Assembly: GCA_963839175.1 (NCBI GenBank)
Contig: CAWIUB010000012.1
Span: forward strand, 10,105-42,104
Direction: 5' to 3'
DNA length: 32,000 bases
DNA from: an uncultured Actinomycetota bacterium
Lineage (GTDB): Bacteria > Actinomycetota > Actinomycetes > Mycobacteriales > Jatrophihabitantaceae
Position numbers and translations under genes: made by a program. The first letter of the stretch is position 1, and each line of letters opens with the position of its first letter. Below are positions 1 through 7,923 of the stretch, in pieces. Under the pieces are notes generated by a model. The model was not told the origin of the DNA. It saw only the letters and a program-made list of their open reading frames with translations, and ran no database searches.

Positions 1-1116
1 TGCCCGCTGCCGCTGCTGGTATCGGCGATCCACGACGCGCTACACCGACGCGTCAGCCGCCTGACGGTGCTCGTCGCACTCGGCACCCACGCCGCGATGA
101 GTGAGCAGGCGCTCGCCGCGCACCTCGGCTACGCCGCGGGCGCGTTGGCCGCCCGCTATCCGTCGACCACCGTGCTCAACCACGCCTGGTGGGATCGCTC
201 GACGTTCGCGGACGTCGGAACCATCAGTGCCGATCGCATCGCCGAGCTGTCTGGCGGCCTGTTGCACCACACCGCCGATGTGCGCGTCAACCGCGAGGTG
301 GTCGAGCACGACGTCACGCTCATCGTCAGTCCGGTGTTCCCGCACGAGGTCGTGGGCTTCTCCGGCGGCAACAAGTACCTCTTCCCCGGCGTCGCGGGCC
401 GGGAGCTCATCGACCTGTCGCATTGGCTCGGCGCGCTGATCACCAGCGCGGAGATCATCGGCACCCGCGGCGTCACCCCGGTCCGCGCGCTCATCGACGA
501 GGCCGCGTCGATGGTCCCCGGCGAACGGCTCGCGCTGTGCGTGGTCACCAAGTCCCGCACGCAGGACCTGCACGCGATGACGTTCGCTGACTCGTCAGCG
601 GCGTGGGCGGCGGCAGCGGACGTGTCGGCCGAAACGCACATTCGCTACCTCGACGCCCCGGTGCGCCGGATCCTGTCGCTGATCCCCACCAAGTACGAGG
701 ACATGTGGACCGGCGCCAAAGGCTTCTACAAGGTAGAGCCCATCGTGGCCGACGGCGGCCAGGTCGTGCTGTACGCCCCGCACATCCGCGAGATCGCCGC
801 GACGCACCCGGCGATCGAGCAGATCGGATATCACTGCCGGGACTACTTCACAAAGCAGTGGGACCGCTTCAAGGACCTGCACTGGGGCGACCTCGCTCAC
901 TCCACACACCTGCGTGGCGCCGGAACCTACGACGAGGTCAACGGTGAACGCGACCGGGTCACGGTCACCCTCGCCACCGGCATCCCGGAGGATGTCACCC
1001 GCGCGATCAACCTCGACTACCTCGACCCGGCGAAGGTCGACCCCGCCGCGTGGGCGGCCGAACCGGACACCCTCGTCGTGCCGGAGGCCGGTGAGGACCT
1101 TTACCGTCTGCGGTGA
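1..1116 (+). CDS. larA: LarA-family NPN-dependent 2-hydroxyacid racemase/epimerase (5' end cut by window)
   Basis: Frame 1 is open from base 1, and the track ORF 67..1116 is the same frame. LarA/DUF2088-like motifs: VALGTH, PHEVVGFSGGNKYLFPGVAG, DLSHW. The H-x9-K-x15-H spacing equals what I recall for L. plantarum LarA His174/Lys184/His200. Stop TGA at 1114-1116. Confidence 0.8.
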   Translation, partial: CPLPLLVSAIHDALHRRVSRLTVLVALGTHAAMSEQALAAHLGYAAGALAARYPSTTVLNHAWWDRSTFADVGTISADRIAELSGGLLHHTADVRVNREVVEHDVTLIVSPVFPHEVVGFSGGNKYLFPGVAGRELIDLSHWLGALITSAEIIGTRGVTPVRALIDEAASMVPGERLALCVVTKSRTQDLHAMTFADSSAAWAAAADVSAETHIRYLDAPVRRILSLIPTKYEDMWTGAKGFYKVEPIVADGGQVVLYAPHIREIAATHPAIEQIGYHCRDYFTKQWDRFKDLHWGDLAHSTHLRGAGTYDEVNGERDRVTVTLATGIPEDVTRAINLDYLDPAKVDPAAWAAEPDTLVVPEAGEDLYRLR

Positions 1117-1958
1117 ACCAGCGCAGGTCAGCATCTCCCGGCGAACTCCCCGCACCGGCTGGCCCGTGCCGCGGGCACCGCCGGTACCGTCACCCCGTGA
1201 CGCTCGACCCCGGTGACCTGTTCGCACCGCTTCGCCGCAAGCCCGCGACGGCGGGGATCTTCAGCGACTTCGACGGGACGCTTTCGCCCATCGTCCGAGA
1301 CCCCGCGATGGCCGAACCGGTGGCGGGGATCCCCGAGCTGCTCGAGGAGTTGGCCCGGCGCTACAGCGTCGTGGCCGTCGTCTCGGGTCGCCCCGTCGCC
1401 TTCCTCGCGACGCACCTACCCACGTCGATTCTGCTGGCTGGGCTGTACGGCCTGGAGGTGCAACGCCGCGGCGAGCGTCAGATCGACCGCGAAGCCGAGC
1501 GCTGGCGCGCGGTCGTCAGCGCCGCGGCCGTGCGCCTGCAGGCGGCGGCGCTACCCGGTGTGCTGGTCGAGCCGAAGGGGCTCTCAGTCACCTGCCACTA
1601 CCGGACCAACCCAGCCCTCCAGGCGCAAGTGACGGCCTTGGCCCAGGAGGTGGCAACAGCGACCGGGCTCGTGGCCCGCGCCGGCCGCAAGTCGGTGGAA
1701 TTGCTGCCGCCCATTCACACGGACAAAGGCACCGTCCTCCGGAAATGGGCCACGTCCCTCGATTCCCTCTGCTACCTGGGCGACGACCTCGGCGATATGG
1801 CGGCGTTCCGGGCCCTCGACGACCTGGCCGCCCAGGGAATCGCCACCGTACGGGTCGCGGTGCGCAGCGACGAGGCACCGGCGGAGCTACTACAGGCCGC
1901 GGACGTGGCCGTCGACGCGCCCGAGGGCGCCGCCGCGTTGCTGCGGACTCTGCTGTAG
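1113..1958 (+). CDS. HAD-IIB phosphatase, trehalose-phosphatase (OtsB)-like
   Basis: HAD motif I FSDFDGTLSPIV, VVSGRP, HTDKGTVL, motif IV GDDLGDMAAF. GTG 1113 overlaps the larA TGA (GTGA). An in-frame GTG at 1197 is an alternative start giving a more typical short N-terminus. Confidence 0.7.
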   Translation: MNQRRSASPGELPAPAGPCRGHRRYRHPVTLDPGDLFAPLRRKPATAGIFSDFDGTLSPIVRDPAMAEPVAGIPELLEELARRYSVVAVVSGRPVAFLATHLPTSILLAGLYGLEVQRRGERQIDREAERWRAVVSAAAVRLQAAALPGVLVEPKGLSVTCHYRTNPALQAQVTALAQEVATATGLVARAGRKSVELLPPIHTDKGTVLRKWATSLDSLCYLGDDLGDMAAFRALDDLAAQGIATVRVAVRSDEAPAELLQAADVAVDAPEGAAALLRTLL

Positions 1959-2052
1959 GCCCCTGACACCCTGGCCGGCGGGAGTGGACGGTAAGCACAT
2001 TGGCTGCGAAGAATGGTCGTTTGGCGGCCAAGACGCAGCTGAGGTGACCGAG

Positions 2053-2913
2053 ATGACCAGCGCGCTGGAGCGACTCCTCACCGGCGACATCTTGCAGGCC
2101 GCCAACGCGGTGGGCCGGCTGCTCGAAGGAGCAGCACCGCTAGGCGTCGCCTTCTCCGGGGGTGTCGACTCCTCGGTCCTGCTCGCCTTGGCCGTGCGGG
2201 CACTCGGCGCCGAAAACGTCGTCGCCATCCTCGGCGTCTCGCCGAGTCTCGCCTCGGACGACCGTCTCGCAGCACACGAGGTCGCCGCTTTCGTGGGCGC
2301 CCGCATCGTCGAGGTACAGACCCAGGAAGCGGACAACCCGGCCTACCGGGCCAACGGGCCCGACCGCTGCTTCCACTGCAAACACGAGCTGTTCACCCGC
2401 ATCGCCGACGAGGTGGTCGACACCTACGGCCTCTCGGCCCTGGCCTACGGCGAGAATGCCGATGACACGATGCGGCCCGATCGGCCCGGGTCCCGCGCCG
2501 CAAGCAACCACGAGGTCTTGCGACCGCTTGCCGAGGCAGGACTGGGCAAGACCGCGGTGCGGGCGATCGCCAAGGCACTGCAGCTCCCCAGCGCCGACAA
2601 GCCCGCCGCGCCCTGCCTGGCCTCCCGCATCCCCCACTTCCAGGAGGTCACCGGGGCGAAGCTCGGGCAGATCCAGGCGGCCGAGGAGGCTCTGCGGGCC
2701 TTGGGCTTCGCCGAGTCGAGAGTGCGTCACCACGGCGAGGTGGCCCGCATCGAACTGGCTGCCGACGACCTCGTGCGGGCCGTCTCGGCCGGGACGCGGG
2801 AGCAGATCCACGCCGCCGTAACCGCCGCCGGCTTCCGCTACGTCGCCATCGATGTGCTCGGCATCCAGTCCGGCGCGTTCACGTTGTCAGTGCTGACAGG
2901 CACGCATGACTGA
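2053..2913 (+). CDS. larE: LarE, ATP-dependent sulfur transferase for NPN cofactor synthesis (PP-loop ATPase)
   Basis: PP-loop GVAFSGGVDSS, CFHCK (CxxC), AAPCLASRIP. ATG 2053 lies 6 nt after GAGGTG. The track start at 1984 is probably too far upstream. Confidence 0.85.
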   Translation: MTSALERLLTGDILQAANAVGRLLEGAAPLGVAFSGGVDSSVLLALAVRALGAENVVAILGVSPSLASDDRLAAHEVAAFVGARIVEVQTQEADNPAYRANGPDRCFHCKHELFTRIADEVVDTYGLSALAYGENADDTMRPDRPGSRAASNHEVLRPLAEAGLGKTAVRAIAKALQLPSADKPAAPCLASRIPHFQEVTGAKLGQIQAAEEALRALGFAESRVRHHGEVARIELAADDLVRAVSAGTREQIHAAVTAAGFRYVAIDVLGIQSGAFTLSVLTGTHD

Positions 2914-3586
2914 GCGCTGGCAACCCGACGAGGCAATGGCCGCGTTCATCGAGCTGGATCACGACCGCACGCGGCGTCGCGGCTACCCGGAGGCGGTGTA
3001 CTGCGAGGGTAAGGCACCCGAACAAGTGAGCGCTGTCGCCCGCGCAGTCAAAAGATCCGGTACGACGGCGCTGTTCACCCGAGCAGATCCCGCGCACGCC
3101 AAGGCAATCCTGCTGGTCCTGCCGGACGCCCGCTACGACGAAGACGCGCACCTGCTCGCGTGGCCGCCCGAGCCGCCAGCGCCGCGCGGTGGGCCGGTGC
3201 TGGTGGTTGCGGCGGGGACCTCCGACCTCGGCGTCGCCCGAGAGGCGCAGCTGACCGCCGAGTACCTTGGCCGCCCGACCGATCTCATCGTTGACGTCGG
3301 TGTCGCCGGGCTGCATCGCATCCTGGCCCGGCTTGACCAGTTGAGGTCGGCCCGTGTCATCGTCGTGGTCGCGGGGATGGACGGTGCGCTGCCCGGTCTG
3401 GTTGCCGGCTTGGTCTCCGCGCCGGTGATTGCCGTGCCGACGTCCGTCGGCTACGGCGCTGCGCTGCTGGGCCTGGCGCCGCTGCTGACCATGCTGAACT
3501 CGTGTGCCCCCGGGGTGGCCGTAGTCAACATCGACAACGGTTACGGCGCCGGGTATCTGGCCGCTCAGATCGCGGCCCCGACCTAA
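2906..3586 (+). CDS. larB: LarB, NaAD carboxylase/hydrolase (PurE/AIR-carboxylase-like)
   Basis: VVAAGTSDLGVAREA, VVVAGMDGALPGLVAGL, VIAVPTSVGYG. ATG 2906 overlaps the larE 3' end by 8 nt. Confidence 0.85.
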   Translation: MTERWQPDEAMAAFIELDHDRTRRRGYPEAVYCEGKAPEQVSAVARAVKRSGTTALFTRADPAHAKAILLVLPDARYDEDAHLLAWPPEPPAPRGGPVLVVAAGTSDLGVAREAQLTAEYLGRPTDLIVDVGVAGLHRILARLDQLRSARVIVVVAGMDGALPGLVAGLVSAPVIAVPTSVGYGAALLGLAPLLTMLNSCAPGVAVVNIDNGYGAGYLAAQIAAPT

Positions 3587-4812
3587 GCCTGCGGGACTCG
3601 CGTTCCCGGTACCAAGCCCTCCCGCACCGCGGCGGCGATGGCCTCCTTGAGTACCCGCCGGACCGGGATGGATCGCACCGCGGCGACCTGCGCAGCATCG
3701 TCGAATTCCGGTGTCGCATGGACGATCTCACCGCCACGATGCGCAACCTTGATGCGAACCCGACCACCCGTGACCGGCAACGGAACCCAGAGCCGATCAA
3801 GCGAGGTCCTGGTGACGGCGAGTTCACGCACCCCATTCGTAGTGGTGAGCTCGAAGATCAGCCGCCGCAGCACATCACGCGCGCCGACGGAGGTGAGCAC
3901 GGCCAGCGTATGAGCCGGGCGCCCCTTCTTCATCACGATCGGGACTAGCCAAGCGTCAGCCGCGCCGGCTTCGAGCAATGACGCCAGGACGGTTGGCCAC
4001 ACCCGCGGGTCCAGGTCGTCGACGTTGGTCTCCAGCACCGACAAGACCGACCGGTCGTCCGGTTCTGTCGGAAGATCGGTTCGGTCGCCGAGGACGACCC
4101 GCACGACGTTCGGATGCCCGGGGACGTCCCTGGTGCCGGCCCCTATGCCGACCGTGCGCACCGACATGGCAGGCAAATCGCCGGACTCGTCAGACAGCGC
4201 GGTGAGCAGCGCCATGCCGGTCGGAGTAGCCAGCTCTCCCTCGCCACCGGACAGCACGCGGCAGCCCGATGACAGCTCCAGCACCGCCGGCACGGGCACC
4301 GGAAGCTCACCATCTACCACCGTGACCCGGCCAGAGCCCAGCGCAACAGCGCTGCAGGACATGGCGGTAATCCCCAGGTAGTCGAGCGCGGCGCAGACTC
4401 CGACGACGTCCGCGATCGAATCCCAGCCCCCGGCCTCGTGGAAATGCACGTCGTCGACCGAAACCCCGTGCACTCGTGCTTCCGCCTCGGCGAGCCGCCG
4501 GAACACGCGCTGGGCCCGGTCCCGCACCTGCACCGCGAGATCCGACCGGTCGAGCAAGGCCCGGATGTCGCGCCAGCTGCGACGCGCCTGATTCTCCGCT
4601 ACACACGTCACGTCCACCTTGGTGGCGCGCAGGCCGGCCCGCCGGACCTCGGTGGCGGTCAACTCGATCGACCCAGGGGTCACGGCGTTCACGGCGGCCA
4701 GCAGCGTGGCGAGCGGCGCACCGGCATCGACGAACGCGGCCAGCAACATGTCGCCGGCTACACCAGCCGTCGCATCGACCCAGACGTGCCTGCTCGCATC
4801 GGCCGGCGCCAT
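3583..4812 (-). CDS. larC: LarC, nickel-inserting cyclometallase (DUF111 family), single fused polypeptide
   Basis: N-terminus MAPADASRHVWVDATAGVAGDMLLAAFVDAGA is typical of DUF111/LarC. Start trimmed to ATG 4812, because the track extension to 5055 is Arg/Pro-rich and overlaps glbN. Its TAG stop overlaps the larB TAA on the other strand. Confidence 0.8.
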   Translation of the reverse strand: MAPADASRHVWVDATAGVAGDMLLAAFVDAGAPLATLLAAVNAVTPGSIELTATEVRRAGLRATKVDVTCVAENQARRSWRDIRALLDRSDLAVQVRDRAQRVFRRLAEAEARVHGVSVDDVHFHEAGGWDSIADVVGVCAALDYLGITAMSCSAVALGSGRVTVVDGELPVPVPAVLELSSGCRVLSGGEGELATPTGMALLTALSDESGDLPAMSVRTVGIGAGTRDVPGHPNVVRVVLGDRTDLPTEPDDRSVLSVLETNVDDLDPRVWPTVLASLLEAGAADAWLVPIVMKKGRPAHTLAVLTSVGARDVLRRLIFELTTTNGVRELAVTRTSLDRLWVPLPVTGGRVRIKVAHRGGEIVHATPEFDDAAQVAAVRSIPVRRVLKEAIAAAVREGLVPGTRVPQA

Positions 4813-4943
4813 GCGACAACCGTAGATGCACCGCCTCGACCACGGCTTCGCTGAGTGGTAGCCCGGGCACGTTTCGTGGTTCCCAGGGCACCGGATACGC
4901 TGTTGCGGTCCGCGGGGGACCGGCTGAGTGAGGGAGCGAACCC

Positions 4944-5315
4944 GTGACGACCACACAACCGTCCACGATCTACGAGCGACTGGGTGCTGAGGGCGGCATC
5001 CGCCAGGCGGTCGATGACTTCTACGAGCGAGTCGTCGGCGACGCCGACCTGGCACCGTACTTCGAGGGCATCGACATGAAGACGTTGCGACGTCATCAGG
5101 TCGAGATGCTGTCTGCCGCCACTGGTGGGCCGAATCAGTACACCGGACGCGACATGGCGACCGCCCATGCGGGCCTCGGCATCACCGACGAGCACTTCGA
5201 CCGGGTGGTTGGGCATCTCGTCGCAACATTGCAGGGGCTCGGTGTGGACGACGCGACCATCGGACAGGTCGGCGCGGCGTTGACGCCGCTACGCGCCGAC
5301 ATCGTCACCGCCTGA
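4944..5315 (+). CDS. glbN: group I truncated haemoglobin (trHbN)
   Basis: Aligns by eye along its length with M. tuberculosis trHbN: DDFYERV, QVEMLSAATGGPNQYTGRDM, AHAGLGITDEHF, VGHL. GTG 4944 lies 7 nt after GGGAG. Confidence 0.9.
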   Translation: MTTTQPSTIYERLGAEGGIRQAVDDFYERVVGDADLAPYFEGIDMKTLRRHQVEMLSAATGGPNQYTGRDMATAHAGLGITDEHFDRVVGHLVATLQGLGVDDATIGQVGAALTPLRADIVTA

Positions 5316-5326
5316 AGGATTTCCTC

Positions 5327-6445
5327 GTGGGAGAGCTGGATAGCGCTGCGCTGAAGGACAACTTCGCTGCCGTGGCCGCGCACGGTGGCGATGACGTGGC
5401 GTTGTTCTTCTACAGCTATCTGTTCGTCTTGCATCCGGAGACCCGGGCGATGTTTCCGCCGGCGATGATTCGTCAACGCGACCGTCTAGTGGGTGCGCTC
5501 GGGCACATCGTGTCCCACGTGGACCAGGCCGACGAGCTCGTTCCGTTCTTGCAGGACCTGGGCCGCGACCATCGCAAATTCGGCACGGTCGCCGACCACT
5601 ACCCAGCGGTTGGCCAGGCACTCATCGCGACCCTGCGCCACTTCTCCGGGCCGGACTGGACCGACAAGCTCGAGGAGGACTGGGCCGCCGCGTACGGCGT
5701 CGTCGCCGAGGCCATGTCCGCCGCCGCGGAAGAAGCCGCTCGCGGTGCGCCGCCGTTCTGGGACGGCGAAGTCGTCGCGATCGAGCGACGCACCTTCGAC
5801 ATCGCGGTTCTCACCGTGCGCACCGCCGAACCGTTGCCCTACCGCGCCGGGCAATCGGTCGCGGTCGAGGCCACAGATCTGCGCCCCAGGGAGTGGCGGT
5901 GGTACTCGCCGGCGTCGCCACCGAACGGGACACAGTTCGACATCCACGTCCGGCTCATCGACGGCGGCCCGGTGTCCAGCGCTCTCGTGCACTCCGCGCA
6001 GGTCGGGACGCGGCTGCGGCTGGGGCCGCCTATCGGCCAGCTCGTGCTGGACGACCAATCCGAGCGTCCTCTGCTGCTGATCGGTGGCGGCACCGGTCTG
6101 GCCCCGCTCAAGGCCCTCATCGCACAGGTCGCCACTGACGGTGGGCGGCCTACCCACCTGTTCTTCGGTGTGCGTACGGTCCGTGAGATCTACGACGCGC
6201 CGTCCCTGGACCGGCTGGCCAGCGCCAACCCGTGGTTGACCGTGGTGACCGCGATCTCGGACGATGACGGGTGGGAGGGCGAGCGGGGCCTGGTGGGTGA
6301 GGTGGCGGTGGCCCACGGCGACTGGTCGGGTCACGACGTCTACATCTGCGGTTCCCCGGCGATGGTGGAGGCCACCGTCAAGCTCGTCGTCGACCACGGG
6401 GTGCCGGAGAACCACATCCGATTCGACGAGTTCGGTCAGAGCTGA
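5327..6445 (+). CDS. globin-domain / FAD-NAD(P) oxidoreductase fusion (flavohaemoglobin-like, probably mycobacterial 'type II' class)
   Basis: N-terminal globin domain (LFFYSYLFVLHPETRAMFP, LGRDHRKFGTVADHYPAVGQALIATL). FNR-like C-terminal part: RWYSPAS (RxYS FAD motif), LLLIGGGTGLAPLKAL, YICGSPAMV. GTG 5327 lies 7 nt after GAAGGA, 11 nt after the glbN stop. Confidence 0.8.
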   Translation: MGELDSAALKDNFAAVAAHGGDDVALFFYSYLFVLHPETRAMFPPAMIRQRDRLVGALGHIVSHVDQADELVPFLQDLGRDHRKFGTVADHYPAVGQALIATLRHFSGPDWTDKLEEDWAAAYGVVAEAMSAAAEEAARGAPPFWDGEVVAIERRTFDIAVLTVRTAEPLPYRAGQSVAVEATDLRPREWRWYSPASPPNGTQFDIHVRLIDGGPVSSALVHSAQVGTRLRLGPPIGQLVLDDQSERPLLLIGGGTGLAPLKALIAQVATDGGRPTHLFFGVRTVREIYDAPSLDRLASANPWLTVVTAISDDDGWEGERGLVGEVAVAHGDWSGHDVYICGSPAMVEATVKLVVDHGVPENHIRFDEFGQS

Positions 6446-6469
6446 CCCGGCCACAGGAGGAGATCGCTG

Positions 6470-7087
6470 ATGACGGGGTTGACGTTCGGTGGCGAGAACG
6501 GACGGCTCACCGCAGCCGACCTTCAGGCGGTCACCTTCCACGAGACCAGGGGCCTCGGCAAGGGGTACGACGAGGACGAGGTCGATGCCTTCATCGATCG
6601 CTGCTCCGAGCAGGTTCAGGCGCTGGCCAACAGGATCCGGGAACTCGAGGAGGAGAACACGAAGCTGGCCGATCCGCAGCGCCGCGACGAGAACATCGTC
6701 CTGCAGTCGGTGAGCATCCTCACCACCGCGCAGCAGACCGCGGACACCACCGTCAAGAACGCTGACGAGTACAGCGGGCGGATCATGTCCGAGGCGCGGT
6801 CGATGTACGAGGAGGCCCGTCAGCGGGCGAAGATCATCGTCGACGAGGCGCATCGGCTGGCGTCCGAGGCTTCCGAAACGGCGGCCTTGCGGCACGATGA
6901 ACTGGAACGGCAAACGGTGTATCTGCGAGTTCTTCGCGACTCCACACAGGTTCAGGTCGAGCAGTTTCTGAAAGGCCTGCTCGACCACGTCACCACCGAG
7001 TATGGCCGGGCAGATCCGGCGGCTGCTCAGGCGGCCACGCGACCCACGACACACGCCGCGCAGAACGTGGCTGACTCAATGAGCTAG
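6470..7087 (+). CDS. DivIVA-domain protein
   Basis: N-terminal DivIVA signature LTAADLQAVTFHETRGLGKGYDEDEVDAFIDR, followed by a coiled-coil-like, Glu/Arg/Ala-rich region. GGAGGAG precedes ATG 6470. Confidence 0.75.
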   Translation: MTGLTFGGENGRLTAADLQAVTFHETRGLGKGYDEDEVDAFIDRCSEQVQALANRIRELEEENTKLADPQRRDENIVLQSVSILTTAQQTADTTVKNADEYSGRIMSEARSMYEEARQRAKIIVDEAHRLASEASETAALRHDELERQTVYLRVLRDSTQVQVEQFLKGLLDHVTTEYGRADPAAAQAATRPTTHAAQNVADSMS

Positions 7088-7133
7088 TGGCCGAGCAGGT
7101 CGCGGCGCGTCGCTTTCGGGATACCCTGCCGCG

Positions 7134-7409
7134 ATGAAGTTCCTTGTGCTGTGGCGTATGGAGCTGTCACTGCTCTCGCGCGAGATGGCGCAGGCGGTCG
7201 GCCGGATGGCGGACTACGCAGCTGCCCTCGAAGCGGACGGCAAGGTGCTGGAGCGCTACCACGTGGTCGGCGCCCACGGCGGCGCGTGGATCTACCAAGT
7301 CGAGTCGCACGAGGAGTTCGAGCGGCTGCTCGCGCGCAGCCCGGTCTTCAACTTCGCCATGTACCAGATTTACCCCCTGGCCGAGATGGGTATCGTTCAG
7401 TCGTCCTGA
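7134..7409 (+). CDS. small muconolactone delta-isomerase-like (ferredoxin-fold) protein
   Basis: 91 aa. Its pattern resembles my recollection of CatC-type MIase (MKF.V...L, ...G, SHEEFERLL..SPVFNFAMYQIYPL). Weak similarity judged by eye only. Confidence 0.5.
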   Translation: MKFLVLWRMELSLLSREMAQAVGRMADYAAALEADGKVLERYHVVGAHGGAWIYQVESHEEFERLLARSPVFNFAMYQIYPLAEMGIVQSS

Positions 7410-7483
7410 CCGGATCCGAGAATCCGTGATTGACGGAGTCCCTGTCCTGGCACGACGATGGGTACCCCGGCGAGGTGGGCGAT

Positions 7484-7900
7484 ATGGGTGTTGGCATGGG
7501 GGACGGCTGGCGAGCTCGGCAACTGCTCATCACTCAGCGGCTCCGGCAGCGCCGTGAGGATCTCGGCTTCACCCAAAAGCAGGTCGTGACGCGCCTCGCT
7601 CGCTGCGGAGTGCACACGACCAACCGGGCCTTGTCCAGCCTCGAACACGGTGCTGGGGTCGACGTCGCCAAGCTGCCGGATCTCGCATCGGCGCTCGACT
7701 GCACGGTTACTTATCTCCTCGGCCTCACCGACGATCCACACCGCTGGGAGCCCGATCAGCGGCCCGCTGGCCGCGCCCGGCCGCGCCGCGCCGCGCCCGC
7801 CGCCCCGCCTGATCCAGGTCCGTCATCGCTGATCATCGGCCTCGACCTGCCCGAGCGCACGCTCCGCCTCGGGATCGACCGCGCCGCGAGCGGCCACTGA
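7484..7900 (+). CDS. XRE-family helix-turn-helix transcriptional regulator
   Basis: HTH_XRE core LRQRREDLGFTQKQVVTRLARCGVHTTNRALSSLEHG...LPDLASALDCTVTYLLGLTDDP. ATG 7484 follows GAGGTG. The track's TTG 7430 is a less likely start. Pro/Ala/Arg-rich C-terminal tail. Confidence 0.7.
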   Translation: MGVGMGDGWRARQLLITQRLRQRREDLGFTQKQVVTRLARCGVHTTNRALSSLEHGAGVDVAKLPDLASALDCTVTYLLGLTDDPHRWEPDQRPAGRARPRRAAPAAPPDPGPSSLIIGLDLPERTLRLGIDRAASGH

Positions 7901-7923
7901 CCGCATCCGGAAGGCAGCCACAG

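Noticed and set aside
4813-5055. N-terminal extension of the larC ORF (track start 5055), overlapping glbN on the opposite strand
   Set aside because: The extension is Arg/Pro-rich and has no LarC similarity. The DUF111 N-terminal motif begins right after ATG 4812. The extension would overlap a well-supported globin gene.
5486-7054. 522-aa minus-strand ORF antisense to the globin-FNR and DivIVA genes. Similar long antisense ORFs occur at 7756..9051(-), 10260..11819(-), 11614..13323(+), 18389..19744(-), 21872..23245(-), 25954..27330(+) and 29149..30381(-).
   Set aside because: Long stop-free antisense frames are expected in ~70% GC DNA. Their translations are Arg/Pro/Gly-rich low-complexity sequence with no recognisable motifs. 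Each lies fully opposite a gene with clear family signatures.
7430-7900. XRE regulator as the antitoxin or regulator of an unrecognised toxin or defence gene
   Set aside because: Its neighbours are an MIase-like protein and a standard ABC importer. There is no adjacent small unknown ORF with coding character that could be a toxin.
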